A stretch of DNA of 39,909 bases from a virus. The position numbers and the translations under genes were made by a program. Below, piece by piece: positions 1-7,494 of the stretch. The notes below the pieces were generated by a model. It was not told the DNA's origin. It worked only from the letters and a program-made list of their open reading frames with translations, and did no database searches. Location: positions 1-39,909 of IMG/VR virus record IMGVR_UViG_3300031825_000041; one strand, given 5' to 3'. How positions within the stretch are numbered: position 1 is the first letter of the stretch; every line of letters begins with the position of its first letter.

Positions 1-127
1 ATTAACAGTGATACCTATATTCGCTCCAACATCAACGATGGTTAGATCCTTTTTTTGATTTAGCACATCAAGATAAACACCTTCAAGGTAAATTTCTTTA
101 AAGATGTAAGGGATAAAGAGGGTATCA
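1..127. repeat. Terminal overlap copy 1: bases 1-127 are identical to 39783-39909
   Basis: Read directly: both copies start attaacagtgatacctatat and end agggataaagagggtatca. This implies a circular or circularly permuted unit of 39782 bp. A 127-nt overlap is typical of an assembler k-mer overlap. Confidence 0.95.
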
Positions 128-201
128 AAATTAATCGGCTCACCGTTTTGATCTGTTCTTGGAAAATGCAACGCTCCTAATTTAACTTTTTTATCTATCA
201 T
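1..201 (-). CDS. FkbM-family SAM methyltransferase, N-terminal segment of a gene split by contig linearisation (continues 39782->39279)
   Basis: Minus-strand ATG at 201-199 follows AGGAGGTGAAAT (rc of 202-213). The translation MIDKKVKLGALHFPRTDQNGEPINFDTLFIPYIFKEIYLEGVYLDVLNQKKDLT runs in frame through the 127-bp overlap into the ORF listed at 39279-39848. Total length is 705 nt (234 aa). Confidence 0.8.
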   Translation of the reverse strand, partial: MIDKKVKLGALHFPRTDQNGEPINFDTLFIPYIFKEIYLEGVYLDVLNQKKDLTIVDVGANIGITVN

Positions 202-211
202 ATTTCACCTC

Positions 212-688
212 CTAACGTTTAAGTGATATAAAGCTTGGTTTATTGTTTTTAAGCATAAATTTAAGAATTGTAGATATCTGTTCTTTAGTTTCCGGAAAAT
301 ACTGCACAACATTTGGGCAAGTACCAAGCAGCATAGCGGCATCAGTAGCATCATGAGAATGGCCATCGTGGGTGTAATCTTTATTCCTTCCGCTGCCTAC
401 TAATTTAACAGGTACTCCTTCTACATCTAAATAAAGTTTTATTGTTTCGTAAGGTCGTCTTAAAAGAAATGGTGTAATTGAGTAAACGAATGGAACCTTG
501 CCTTTAAGAGCAAGTCCTACAGCAATACCCATCATAGCTTGCTCAGAAGCCCCACAATTGACGAAACGATCAGGAAAGTCTTTCTGTATCTGATCCCACA
601 TCATGTACCCTAAATCTCCTGTAAGAAGCCATACGTTAGGATTTTCTTTCATTATTAAATAAAGCTCATTAGCAAATGTTCTTCTCAT
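212..688 (-). CDS. Transketolase-like ThDP enzyme, C-terminal (pyrimidine-binding) subunit, 158 aa
   Basis: Motifs FVNCGASEQAMMGIAVGLALKGKVPFVYSITPFLL are typical of the transketolase/DXS Pyr domain. Its start overlaps the stop of the N-terminal subunit gene (685-688). Confidence 0.75.
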   Translation of the reverse strand: MRRTFANELYLIMKENPNVWLLTGDLGYMMWDQIQKDFPDRFVNCGASEQAMMGIAVGLALKGKVPFVYSITPFLLRRPYETIKLYLDVEGVPVKLVGSGRNKDYTHDGHSHDATDAAMLLGTCPNVVQYFPETKEQISTILKFMLKNNKPSFISLKR

Positions 689-1308
689 TGTGTAATCTCT
701 TTATACTTCTCCTCATCCATGACTACATAATGCCCTGCAACGCCTTGTAGCCAATCAGGATAATCCAATAAATCAGTTTGTGCTACTAACGCCGGATAAA
801 AATATTGCATACGAGTATCTAGAAGTTCAGGATCAGTTTTACCAAGAGCTGAGTGTCCATTTGCGTTTACTGTTATTCGTAAATTCTCAAGCCTTTGTTC
901 TCCGGCTATTCGTAGAGCTTCCCAATTACTACCTTCAGCCATCGCTCCATCTGAGGTTAAGACATAGACGTTTTGTCTTTTATCAGCTAACGCCATGCCT
1001 ACCGCTATTGGCAATCCTTGTCCTAGACTGCCAGTAGAGCAATAAATGAGGTCTTGAAGATCACGATTAGGATGGACACCATGTTTATCGAATAATTGTT
1101 CAGCATCTTTAAAGTGAAGCTTCTCAAGCACAACATAGAGAGCGAGTCCGGCGTGACCGTTATCTAATATAAAAGGTTCATCGTGTTTTTTAACTAAATA
1201 GATATGATCTATAAGTCGTACTGCGGTAAGACAAGATGAGAGATGAGCTAAACCTTTTTTATATGAGATATCTATAATTCTACGTTCGAGTTTATTGAGC
1301 TGCTTCAT
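685..1308 (-). CDS. Transketolase-like ThDP enzyme, N-terminal (diphosphate-binding) subunit, 207 aa
   Basis: Contains GHAGLALY, GSLGQGLPIAVGMALA and the ThDP motif SDGAMAEGSNWEA. Paired with 212-688 as a split enzyme. Confidence 0.75.
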   Translation of the reverse strand: MKQLNKLERRIIDISYKKGLAHLSSCLTAVRLIDHIYLVKKHDEPFILDNGHAGLALYVVLEKLHFKDAEQLFDKHGVHPNRDLQDLIYCSTGSLGQGLPIAVGMALADKRQNVYVLTSDGAMAEGSNWEALRIAGEQRLENLRITVNANGHSALGKTDPELLDTRMQYFYPALVAQTDLLDYPDWLQGVAGHYVVMDEEKYKEITQ

Positions 1309-1382
1309 GCTTCCTCCTTTTGTATTCAGACTTATATTTTCTCCAATCCATACCCTCTTTCTTCATTTCTTTCCTAATTTTC

Positions 1383-2192
1383 TTAGCTTTTTTGTGACTC
1401 ACTTTTTACCTCCTTTAAAATATATTCACTCACCATTTCTTTAATTGAGTTTTCAAGAGTTTTTTTAGGAAGCCAACCATATCCACGAGCCTTATAGTTA
1501 TTAGATACCCAGTCTGTATTGTCATAAGATCTAAAGGATTGAACCCTATTGATATTTGCCTTTAATCCTGTTACTTTTTCAACAAGCTCAAGCACTTTTT
1601 CATTTGAGGTTTTAATTCCGGTACCTGCCTCAAATATTCCCCTTGCTCCATGCTGTGAAAGAGAAAGAATACACTCAACTACATCGTCAACATCTATAAA
1701 ATCATGTGTTGGTTCGCCAACGAAATTAATTCTTTCTTGTTTAAGACATGACCGGATAAGAGTTGGGATTAAATGAACTGCTTGCTCACCAACCCCCGTA
1801 ATAGAGAAAGGTCTGATAATACAGATTGGTATATCATGCTTTTCCATTTCAGCTAGAAGAACTTCCTCTGCTGCTTTTTTTGCTCTAGAATACATGATCT
1901 GTGTTCGAAGTTTTACCGAGGACGAAGAAATATACACAAACGATTTAAACTTAAAATCTTTTGCTTGAAGAATAATTTTAATAAGATCTTCTATATTCGC
2001 TCTGAAAATCTTCTCGTCATCTAATTGAAGATGGTGGATGTTACCATAAGAAGAAAGAAAGTAAAAATAATCAAAAGGTTCTAGTTTAGTAGTTTGAAGC
2101 TTATCATGAGGAATAGTGATAACATCTCCCTGTAATCTTTTAAGAAGATGTTGACCTAAAAAACCAGAACTTCCACTAACGTATACCTTCAT
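1383..2192 (-). CDS. NAD-dependent sugar epimerase/dehydratase (extended SDR)
   Basis: N-terminal Rossmann motif VSGSSGFLGQHL and catalytic YxxxK (YSRAKKAAE); 269 aa. Confidence 0.8.
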   Translation of the reverse strand: MKVYVSGSSGFLGQHLLKRLQGDVITIPHDKLQTTKLEPFDYFYFLSSYGNIHHLQLDDEKIFRANIEDLIKIILQAKDFKFKSFVYISSSSVKLRTQIMYSRAKKAAEEVLLAEMEKHDIPICIIRPFSITGVGEQAVHLIPTLIRSCLKQERINFVGEPTHDFIDVDDVVECILSLSQHGARGIFEAGTGIKTSNEKVLELVEKVTGLKANINRVQSFRSYDNTDWVSNNYKARGYGWLPKKTLENSIKEMVSEYILKEVKSESQKS

Positions 2193-2208
2193 AACCTAAA
2201 TTTAGCCA

Positions 2209-2240
2209 CAAAAAAACGCACCAACCTTTCGGCTGTGCGT
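2209..2240 (-). terminator. Intrinsic terminator (cassette c)
   Basis: Minus strand ACGCACAGCC-GAAA-GGTTGGTGCGT followed by TTTTTTTG. The stem has one bulged G and a GNRA loop. Confidence 0.75.
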
Positions 2241-2272
2241 TATGTCCGTAACATTACGGTATTAGCAAATTA

Positions 2273-2301
2273 TTTATATACTCTTTTTTGAGATTTGTCA
2301 A
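2273..2301 (-). promoter_or_regulatory. Sigma70-type promoter TTGACA-17-TATAAA (cassette c)
   Basis: Minus strand TTGACA (2301-2296, overlapping the TGA stop of 2298-2825), 17-bp spacer, TATAAA (2278-2273). Followed by the box TTTGCTAATACCG shared with 9396-9408. Confidence 0.6.
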
Positions 2302-2825
2302 CCCACCCCAAGAGCTGCAAGGGTTTTGACTGTTGCCCCCGCTGCTGAAGGAGTATACTCAACATACATGTCAACTGGCCCCGCAACAGTACCGCTTCCT
2401 AATGGATCTTGTGGGCCATCGGCATAAGTATCACTATTTTTCCAGGAAGCTCCGGCAGTTGCCTGTCTGCTCCATGTAAAGTTAATTGCTCCAGGGTCTT
2501 GAAACAAAATTCCATAAGCGTATTTAGTCCCTGCGGTTAAAGCAATTGCATTAGCTCCAGAGAAGGGGAATGTTTGGTCTGCTTCAGCAGTTGCAGTTAA
2601 CATCACCTCATCGCCCGTAGCAAGAACATGCCCTGTATCGCTCCAAATAACACCTTTAACTAGTGATGATCCGGCGGCGGAGAGCCACACTCTAGCATGA
2701 ACTGCAACCAAAGTTCCGTTACTAGCCGGAGTCGACTCAGCGTCGGCGGCTTTGTTAACTAAATTTGAGTCTGCACTTGAGGTTGAACTTCCTGCATTAT
2801 CTCCTGTTTGTCCAAATGTTGCCAT
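2298..2825 (-). CDS. Ala/Ser/Thr/Gly-rich virion-associated protein (function unknown)
   Basis: ORF track; located in the late head-proximal block. GC-richer than the genome average by eye. No motif recognised. Confidence 0.6.
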   Translation of the reverse strand: MATFGQTGDNAGSSTSSADSNLVNKAADAESTPASNGTLVAVHARVWLSAAGSSLVKGVIWSDTGHVLATGDEVMLTATAEADQTFPFSGANAIALTAGTKYAYGILFQDPGAINFTWSRQATAGASWKNSDTYADGPQDPLGSGTVAGPVDMYVEYTPSAAGATVKTLAALGVG

Positions 2826-2826
2826 A

Positions 2827-3120
2827 CTAATTATCCTCGCAAGCTTTATCCAACTTTATGAGAGCATCATTAGCATCAGCTTGATCTGGAGCAGTTAGAG
2901 TACAGTCTTCTTGTTTACCTTCCAAAGAACATAATTTATTTCTATAGTCTACTGTTTCACTGCTGGCTTTTATATAGCAATTTGTTCTTATTTGTGAGGG
3001 AGTTAGGACTTTAACTTCTTGAGTTTTAACAGGCTTAGAAACCTCTTTGTGTTTAAGAAGAAAAAAAAGACCTATTATTGATAAAAAATATAAGAATATA
3101 AAAATTGATATTATTTTCAT
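2827..3120 (-). CDS. Small membrane-anchored or secreted Cys-containing protein
   Basis: N-terminal hydrophobic segment IISIFIFLYFLSIIGLFFLL followed by a polar domain with 4 Cys. AT-rich ORF lying between two GC-richer genes. Confidence 0.6.
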   Translation of the reverse strand: MKIISIFIFLYFLSIIGLFFLLKHKEVSKPVKTQEVKVLTPSQIRTNCYIKASSETVDYRNKLCSLEGKQEDCTLTAPDQADANDALIKLDKACEDN

Positions 3121-3196
3121 AAGCGTGTAATTTTATAACTAAATTATTAAGAGATAATTAAATTATTCCTGAAAGTATACCAACTTCCTTTAAGGT

Positions 3197-4219
3197 TTAT
3201 TTATAGAAAAATACTGCTTCTAATGCTGTTGTTGGTGCTGCGTTTCCTCCACCTGTTGTTGTTGCGGCAACAGACCACCCTGCATTACTAAAAGTTATTC
3301 CATTTGTAAATTCCACGTTTGCTGCTGAAGTTGCGGGAATACAAATAACAAAAAGGGGATTAGTAGTTCCAACAGTGACCGAAGCGGCAGCGGTGTTATA
3401 TAAAACAACATATGTAGCTGCGGCATTTGGATTATAAATATACCATCCATAAAGATTTCCGGCAGATGCTTTAATGACTTGAGCAGAATTAGTTAAAGCA
3501 GTTCCTCCATCTTGAGAAGTTGCTGCAAATACGGAAAGCCCATTGGCGGTTTGTGGAGCAACGTTTACCTGTCCAATATTATTAGTTCCTGCGTTAAGCC
3601 CTACTACTCCCGTTGAGTCATTTGCAATTGTCACTCTTTGCACGCCTGTACCTGATGCTCCATTACCCATTGTGGTTGCTACGCCATTTATCTGCGCTAC
3701 ATTAACACTTTGATTAGCCTCAAGATGTCCAATCTGATTTGATCCGGTCTGAAGGGTTGCTTGAGTTGCAAAAGTACCCGCATTGGTAACATCATGAGAA
3801 GGAATAGAGGCTACTGAAATTGGCAAAGCTGTGCCCGATCCATCTACCTTTAATCCTCCCCCTGCACCTAATGCAGCAGGTAATAAAGCGATTAAAGATG
3901 TAAGTCTCTGAGCAATTCTTTGAAGTCTTCCATTAAGGCCTGATGAAGCCGTATCTGTAGCTGGTGCTGTTTCAGTTACCGCACCGATAAGGGTTTGTTC
4001 TGTTACCTGATTAGCAGCCGTGGCATCTCCGCCACCACTCATAACGGCTACATTAACTTTCAAATTTCCATCCGTATCTGATTGAAGTCTTTTTAATGAG
4101 CCACTAAATTCTGCCAGAAGAATAGTAGCAAAAACATTATATAACTCATCAAACGATGAGTTTTGCATGTATTGTTCAGAATATTTATTTTGACCTGCTG
4201 GTCTTTGTGGTACTGCCAT
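3197..4219 (-). CDS. Gly/Ala/Thr-rich virion structural protein (possible decoration or fibre protein)
   Basis: 340-aa ORF downstream of the capsid genes. Low-complexity GGG/TA-rich middle and a beta-rich C-terminus (LYGWYIYNPNAAATYVVLYN). Confidence 0.55.
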   Translation of the reverse strand: MAVPQRPAGQNKYSEQYMQNSSFDELYNVFATILLAEFSGSLKRLQSDTDGNLKVNVAVMSGGGDATAANQVTEQTLIGAVTETAPATDTASSGLNGRLQRIAQRLTSLIALLPAALGAGGGLKVDGSGTALPISVASIPSHDVTNAGTFATQATLQTGSNQIGHLEANQSVNVAQINGVATTMGNGASGTGVQRVTIANDSTGVVGLNAGTNNIGQVNVAPQTANGLSVFAATSQDGGTALTNSAQVIKASAGNLYGWYIYNPNAAATYVVLYNTAAASVTVGTTNPLFVICIPATSAANVEFTNGITFSNAGWSVAATTTGGGNAAPTTALEAVFFYK

Positions 4220-4220
4220 A

Positions 4221-4595
4221 TTAATTTCTCATTGTTTTTATATAACTTAAAAGTTTTGCTATCTTGGTTGTTGTCGGATCATAAGACTTTATTCCAACTG
4301 TCAATTCTAAATCCTTAAAATAGTCTTTAATCGCTTTGGTTGAGTTGGCAATCTCTTTCCTGCTTATTTTATCTCTCAAAAACCCATCTATATCCATCAC
4401 TTCCATTGTGTAAGCTTTATCTTTATTCCAGAAATCACCCAACTCATATTGATCGACGATAAACGGATGATCGTTCTTTTCCTCATAACTCGTATACGGT
4501 ATATCTGCCTCAACGTGACTTGTACTAAAAGGTTTCTCTCCTTTTGGTAAAGGTGCATCTTTTACCGGCTCTACTGCTGTTCTGAATGTACTCAT
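4221..4595 (-). CDS. Hypothetical protein (head-completion region)
   Basis: ORF track; start overlaps the stop of 4592-4873. Confidence 0.65.
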   Translation of the reverse strand: MSTFRTAVEPVKDAPLPKGEKPFSTSHVEADIPYTSYEEKNDHPFIVDQYELGDFWNKDKAYTMEVMDIDGFLRDKISRKEIANSTKAIKDYFKDLELTVGIKSYDPTTTKIAKLLSYIKTMRN

Positions 4596-4873
4596 AGTCT
4601 TCTATTGCCTTTATTATTTCCCCAACTATGCCCATAAGACTCTTCAAGTTTTATTCTCTGAATATGCTCTTGAATACGTTTTACTCTTTCAATGTCACGC
4701 CCACGAAAAGCTTTAATAAGTTCGGTTCGTAATGATTGAATCGGCGCAGACTCACTCATAATCTGATAAGCTATTTTCTGATAATATTCACGCTCACCAA
4801 TAGAACGCGCGCCCTCAATAGCTTTATCAAGTTCCTCAAGATCCATTTTTCTACCGTAATCTAAGGTTTTCAT
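4592..4873 (-). CDS. Hypothetical protein (head-completion region)
   Basis: ORF track; helical and charged; coupled to its neighbours. Confidence 0.65.
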   Translation of the reverse strand: MKTLDYGRKMDLEELDKAIEGARSIGEREYYQKIAYQIMSESAPIQSLRTELIKAFRGRDIERVKRIQEHIQRIKLEESYGHSWGNNKGNRRL

Positions 4874-4875
4874 AA

Positions 4876-5007
4876 TTACTTACGTCTCTTTGCGACTTCC
4901 TTTATATAAAGTTCAAACTCTTCCGGTGTAAGAGGCTCATTTTTACCTGCCCTTTCCCAGATGTCAACGATTTGATCTATTTTAACTTCTACCTTTTTTT
5001 CTGCCAT
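4876..5007 (-). CDS. Small hypothetical protein, 43 aa (not in ORF track)
   Basis: Manual translation: MAEKKVEVKIDQIVDIWERAGKNEPLTPEEFELYIKEVAKRRK. SD-like GGATGGTGAT lies upstream. The stop is 2 nt before the next start. Confidence 0.5.
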   Translation of the reverse strand: MAEKKVEVKIDQIVDIWERAGKNEPLTPEEFELYIKEVAKRRK

Positions 5008-5024
5008 AAATATCACCATCCTTT

Positions 5025-5078
5025 GAGTTGTTGCCCTATGTTGGTCTCTCCCATAGGGCGAGAAAGACCAAACAACTC
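5025..5078 (-). promoter_or_regulatory. Nested stem-loop immediately 3' of the capsid gene
   Basis: Outer stem GAGTTGTT/AACAACTC (8 bp) and inner stem GCCCTATG/CATAGGGC (8 bp). The 11-nt internal loop TGGTCTTTCTC is complementary to the hairpin loop GGAGAGACCA. Confidence 0.5.
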
Positions 5079-5079
5079 G

Positions 5080-6036
5080 TTAAGCTGAAGCGAAACGCCC
5101 CGTAATAACCCAATTAGAATTAAGTATTTTGGTTGCGTATGATCCAGCCCATGAGATAAACGACACTCGACCTGCTGGTGAATTAGAATCCACCTGATTA
5201 GCCAAGATGTAGAGTTTTGGTTGATCCTGTTGCAAGTCGTAGACTCCGAAAGCGTTATCTCCGTGAACATATGAATAGAACCTAACAACACCCGAAGATG
5301 CTGTTGAAGTTGCTTCAGTTCCAGAAGATACGTTCTTATTAAGAAGCCATCTAACTTGGTAAAGTTCTCCCATTTCTCCTGTATACAGATCTTTAATATC
5401 TGAATACGTTTTACCGTTAACCCATGTAGTATCACCGATAAGGTTGTATTTTGAGTACGGATCAGTCTTTCCGATAAACAATCCATCTTTATAGACCATC
5501 GCTTTGTTAAGCTCAAGTTGTCTAACCATCAAACGAATATCGCAAGCGTCCAATGTATCACCTGCCGTGAAGGTATCAACTAAGTGGTTATTACCGTAGT
5601 AACTGGTTCCGTTTTGAAGTTCAGACCTTACAAGCTGATCAAGCGTTTCTCCCATGTTCTGACCTACGAGTTCAACCTTTTCCTTCATACCGGAATCAAT
5701 TGAAACCAAAGTCAAGAGTTTTCCATGAGTGGTTGTTAAACCATACTCTGAAAGTGTCATAGAGATAGTTGATGCGTTGATCGGACACGTTACAGGGTTA
5801 CTCGCTTCTCCCAAGGGAGAAGTAATAACTGTTAATGGGTTATAACGAGTGAAATTCACTGTACGACCCTGACCTGTAGCATGAGTTCTAATCTGCGCAC
5901 CTTCCTTCATGATCAATTCATATTGCGCTCGTGCTAAAAACACTTTTTCGTAATATGTTTGTACTTCCTGAGCAAGATTGCTTGTAACGCTTGTATTTGC
6001 GTCTGTACCATCTACACCACGTCCTACTGCTGCCAT
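5080..6036 (-). CDS. Major capsid protein (HK97 fold, N4-gp56/P22-like family)
   Basis: 318 aa, directly after the scaffold gene. N-terminal pattern EVQTYYEKVFLARAQYELIMKEGAQIRTHATGQGRTVNFTRYNPL is typical of this capsid family. Confidence 0.8.
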   Translation of the reverse strand: MAAVGRGVDGTDANTSVTSNLAQEVQTYYEKVFLARAQYELIMKEGAQIRTHATGQGRTVNFTRYNPLTVITSPLGEASNPVTCPINASTISMTLSEYGLTTTHGKLLTLVSIDSGMKEKVELVGQNMGETLDQLVRSELQNGTSYYGNNHLVDTFTAGDTLDACDIRLMVRQLELNKAMVYKDGLFIGKTDPYSKYNLIGDTTWVNGKTYSDIKDLYTGEMGELYQVRWLLNKNVSSGTEATSTASSGVVRFYSYVHGDNAFGVYDLQQDQPKLYILANQVDSNSPAGRVSFISWAGSYATKILNSNWVITGRFASA

Positions 6037-6067
6037 AATTTATTCACCTCTCTTTCTGCCAAAGATA

Positions 6068-6835
6068 TTAGCTGTGAACGATCCCTAATTGCGCTTCCAG
6101 CTCCGCAATTGATTTCTCAGATGCGGTTTTCTCACCTTTGCGTATAGAAGTTGGTCTGATAGCGGCCTCTGTTACCTGCTTGGCTATTTTCTCAGTTGCC
6201 TGTCCAGCTTCTTTAGCTACTGCCCTGTTGTAGGGCCGCATCAGTTTATCCACAAACTTTTTAACTGATGTTGAGTACGGATCTGCTTTTAATTTAGCTT
6301 CAACCGCCTCAGTAACCATTTCGGAAAGCTCCGAGTCAAAATCATTAGATCTTGGGTCAAGCTGTGAATATTCCCTCATTACCTCAGCCGTTTCATTTCT
6401 GTGACGACTAATAGCTTCTGATTGTCTACTTCTCAGCTCAATTCTTGCCTCAGTTTGCTGCATTAATCTTTGTTCACGATCCGCAATCCTTCGATTGAGT
6501 TCCGCTACATCAATTTCTTCACCCTCTTTGACAATCGGTTCTTGCGGATTAAATTGTGGGGCATTAAACCCCTTAGGTTCTACTGAACCTGTAAGTTCCG
6601 CAATTTTGTCTTGTAAAGACTTGACCTGTGTCTCAGCAGTTTTAGCTCGCTGATTCAATTCCCTAATCCTTTGACTTGCTCCTTTTCCGCTTGTTTCAGA
6701 AGGTTCCCCCGTCAGTTCCGCTTCTTCCTCAAGTGTTTGTTCAGTAGTCGGCGACTCTACCTGCAAGTTTTCTTCTTGCTTATTTTCTTCACTGGCCTGT
6801 GAAACCGCCTGTTGGTTTTCATCCATAATTTTCAC
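6068..6835 (-). CDS. Scaffolding protein
   Basis: 255 aa, highly charged E/Q/K-rich predicted coiled coil, located between the portal-side genes and the capsid gene. Confidence 0.7.
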   Translation of the reverse strand: MKIMDENQQAVSQASEENKQEENLQVESPTTEQTLEEEAELTGEPSETSGKGASQRIRELNQRAKTAETQVKSLQDKIAELTGSVEPKGFNAPQFNPQEPIVKEGEEIDVAELNRRIADREQRLMQQTEARIELRSRQSEAISRHRNETAEVMREYSQLDPRSNDFDSELSEMVTEAVEAKLKADPYSTSVKKFVDKLMRPYNRAVAKEAGQATEKIAKQVTEAAIRPTSIRKGEKTASEKSIAELEAQLGIVHS

Positions 6836-6940
6836 CCCCTTCCCTCACACCGATTTACGATCGTGCGATGTTGTCGCTAGCTTAAACGCTAGATGCTGAG
6901 TAGTCCTCCATTCCGTAGATTACTACTCAAGATCTAATCT

Positions 6941-7168
6941 TTAAGCCATCCCCAATTCTTTTCTCGTTTTAAGAATCGGCTCGCCCTTTTCATCAATTCC
7001 GACCATGATCTTTTCTGCCCCGATGAAGATTCCGTGTTCGAGTTCGCAACTCTTACAAACCAAATAATATCCCCGTTGTTTATAATCATGATTTCCCTTC
7101 GGTATAAAGCTAAAGTTAGGTCTTGTAAAATCAAGCTGATCTTGTTCAACTTTATCTTCTTCATTCAT
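6941..7168 (-). CDS. Small hypothetical protein (likely start MNEEDK at 7168)
   Basis: The ORF track gives 6941-7201. An internal ATG at 7168 overlaps the upstream stop (ATGAATGA). The overlapping ORF 6934-7164 in another frame is judged spurious. Confidence 0.55.
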   Translation of the reverse strand: MNEEDKVEQDQLDFTRPNFSFIPKGNHDYKQRGYYLVCKSCELEHGIFIGAEKIMVGIDEKGEPILKTRKELGMA

Positions 7169-7490
7169 TCTTTGCCTCCAATGCTTCTTTTGCGTCATCA
7201 ACGATATTGAAAATCTTGTTAATAATTCCCTTTGCTAAAAGCACTGTGGTTGTGTTTTTGCCTATTTCTTCATAAGACATACCGCTTGCAATAGCTGACT
7301 CGTTTATCTTGTCGAGTTCCGTTAATGAATTGTTAATGTGCGATTTCAACGCTTTCCAAAACTCTGAGCTTGCTCCTGTTCCCAAGATCTTTTCCTCATC
7401 GGTTAATTGGGTTACGTCTAATTCCTTTTTCTCCTGTATAAAGTTTGGTATCCCAAACGCTGGCCTAAGTGCCTCTCCCTTTTTTCCCAT
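7161..7490 (-). CDS. Hypothetical protein, 109 aa
   Basis: ORF track; immediately downstream of the portal gene. Confidence 0.65.
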   Translation of the reverse strand: MGKKGEALRPAFGIPNFIQEKKELDVTQLTDEEKILGTGASSEFWKALKSHINNSLTELDKINESAIASGMSYEEIGKNTTTVLLAKGIINKIFNIVDDAKEALEAKNE

Positions 7491-7494
7491 ATGC

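Noticed and set aside
1-127. The terminal repeat was considered as a genuine direct terminal repeat of the virion DNA.
   Set aside because: The length equals a common assembler k-mer, and the junction falls inside a gene that is intact only when the genome is circularised. This cannot be fully excluded without read-level data.
780-1037. Plus-strand ORFs from the track lie opposite long minus-strand genes: 780-1037, 1549-1776, 5959-6147, 7309-7524, 9271-9585, 10006-10206, 13259-13492, 13920-14177, 16214-16447, 18204-18395, 23997-24188, 24609-24806, 24888-25076, 25747-25998, 26459-26743, 28923-29153, 31602-31829, 31958-32143, 32681-32920, 36010-36216, 37109-37453 and 22841-23023.
   Set aside because: Nearly all are fully or largely antisense to well-supported genes; 22841-23023 instead lies mostly in the int/lysis intergenic spacer. 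All have low-complexity or hydrophobic junk-like translations and lack SD sequences. They are treated as shadow ORFs.
5013-5516. Same-strand nested ORFs lie in alternative frames: 5013-5516 in the capsid gene, 6934-7164, 19162-19347, 26055-26294, 27165-27470, 28442-28669 and 34864-35046.
   Set aside because: They sit inside longer ORFs that carry recognisable motifs or a better genomic context. There is no independent initiation signal.
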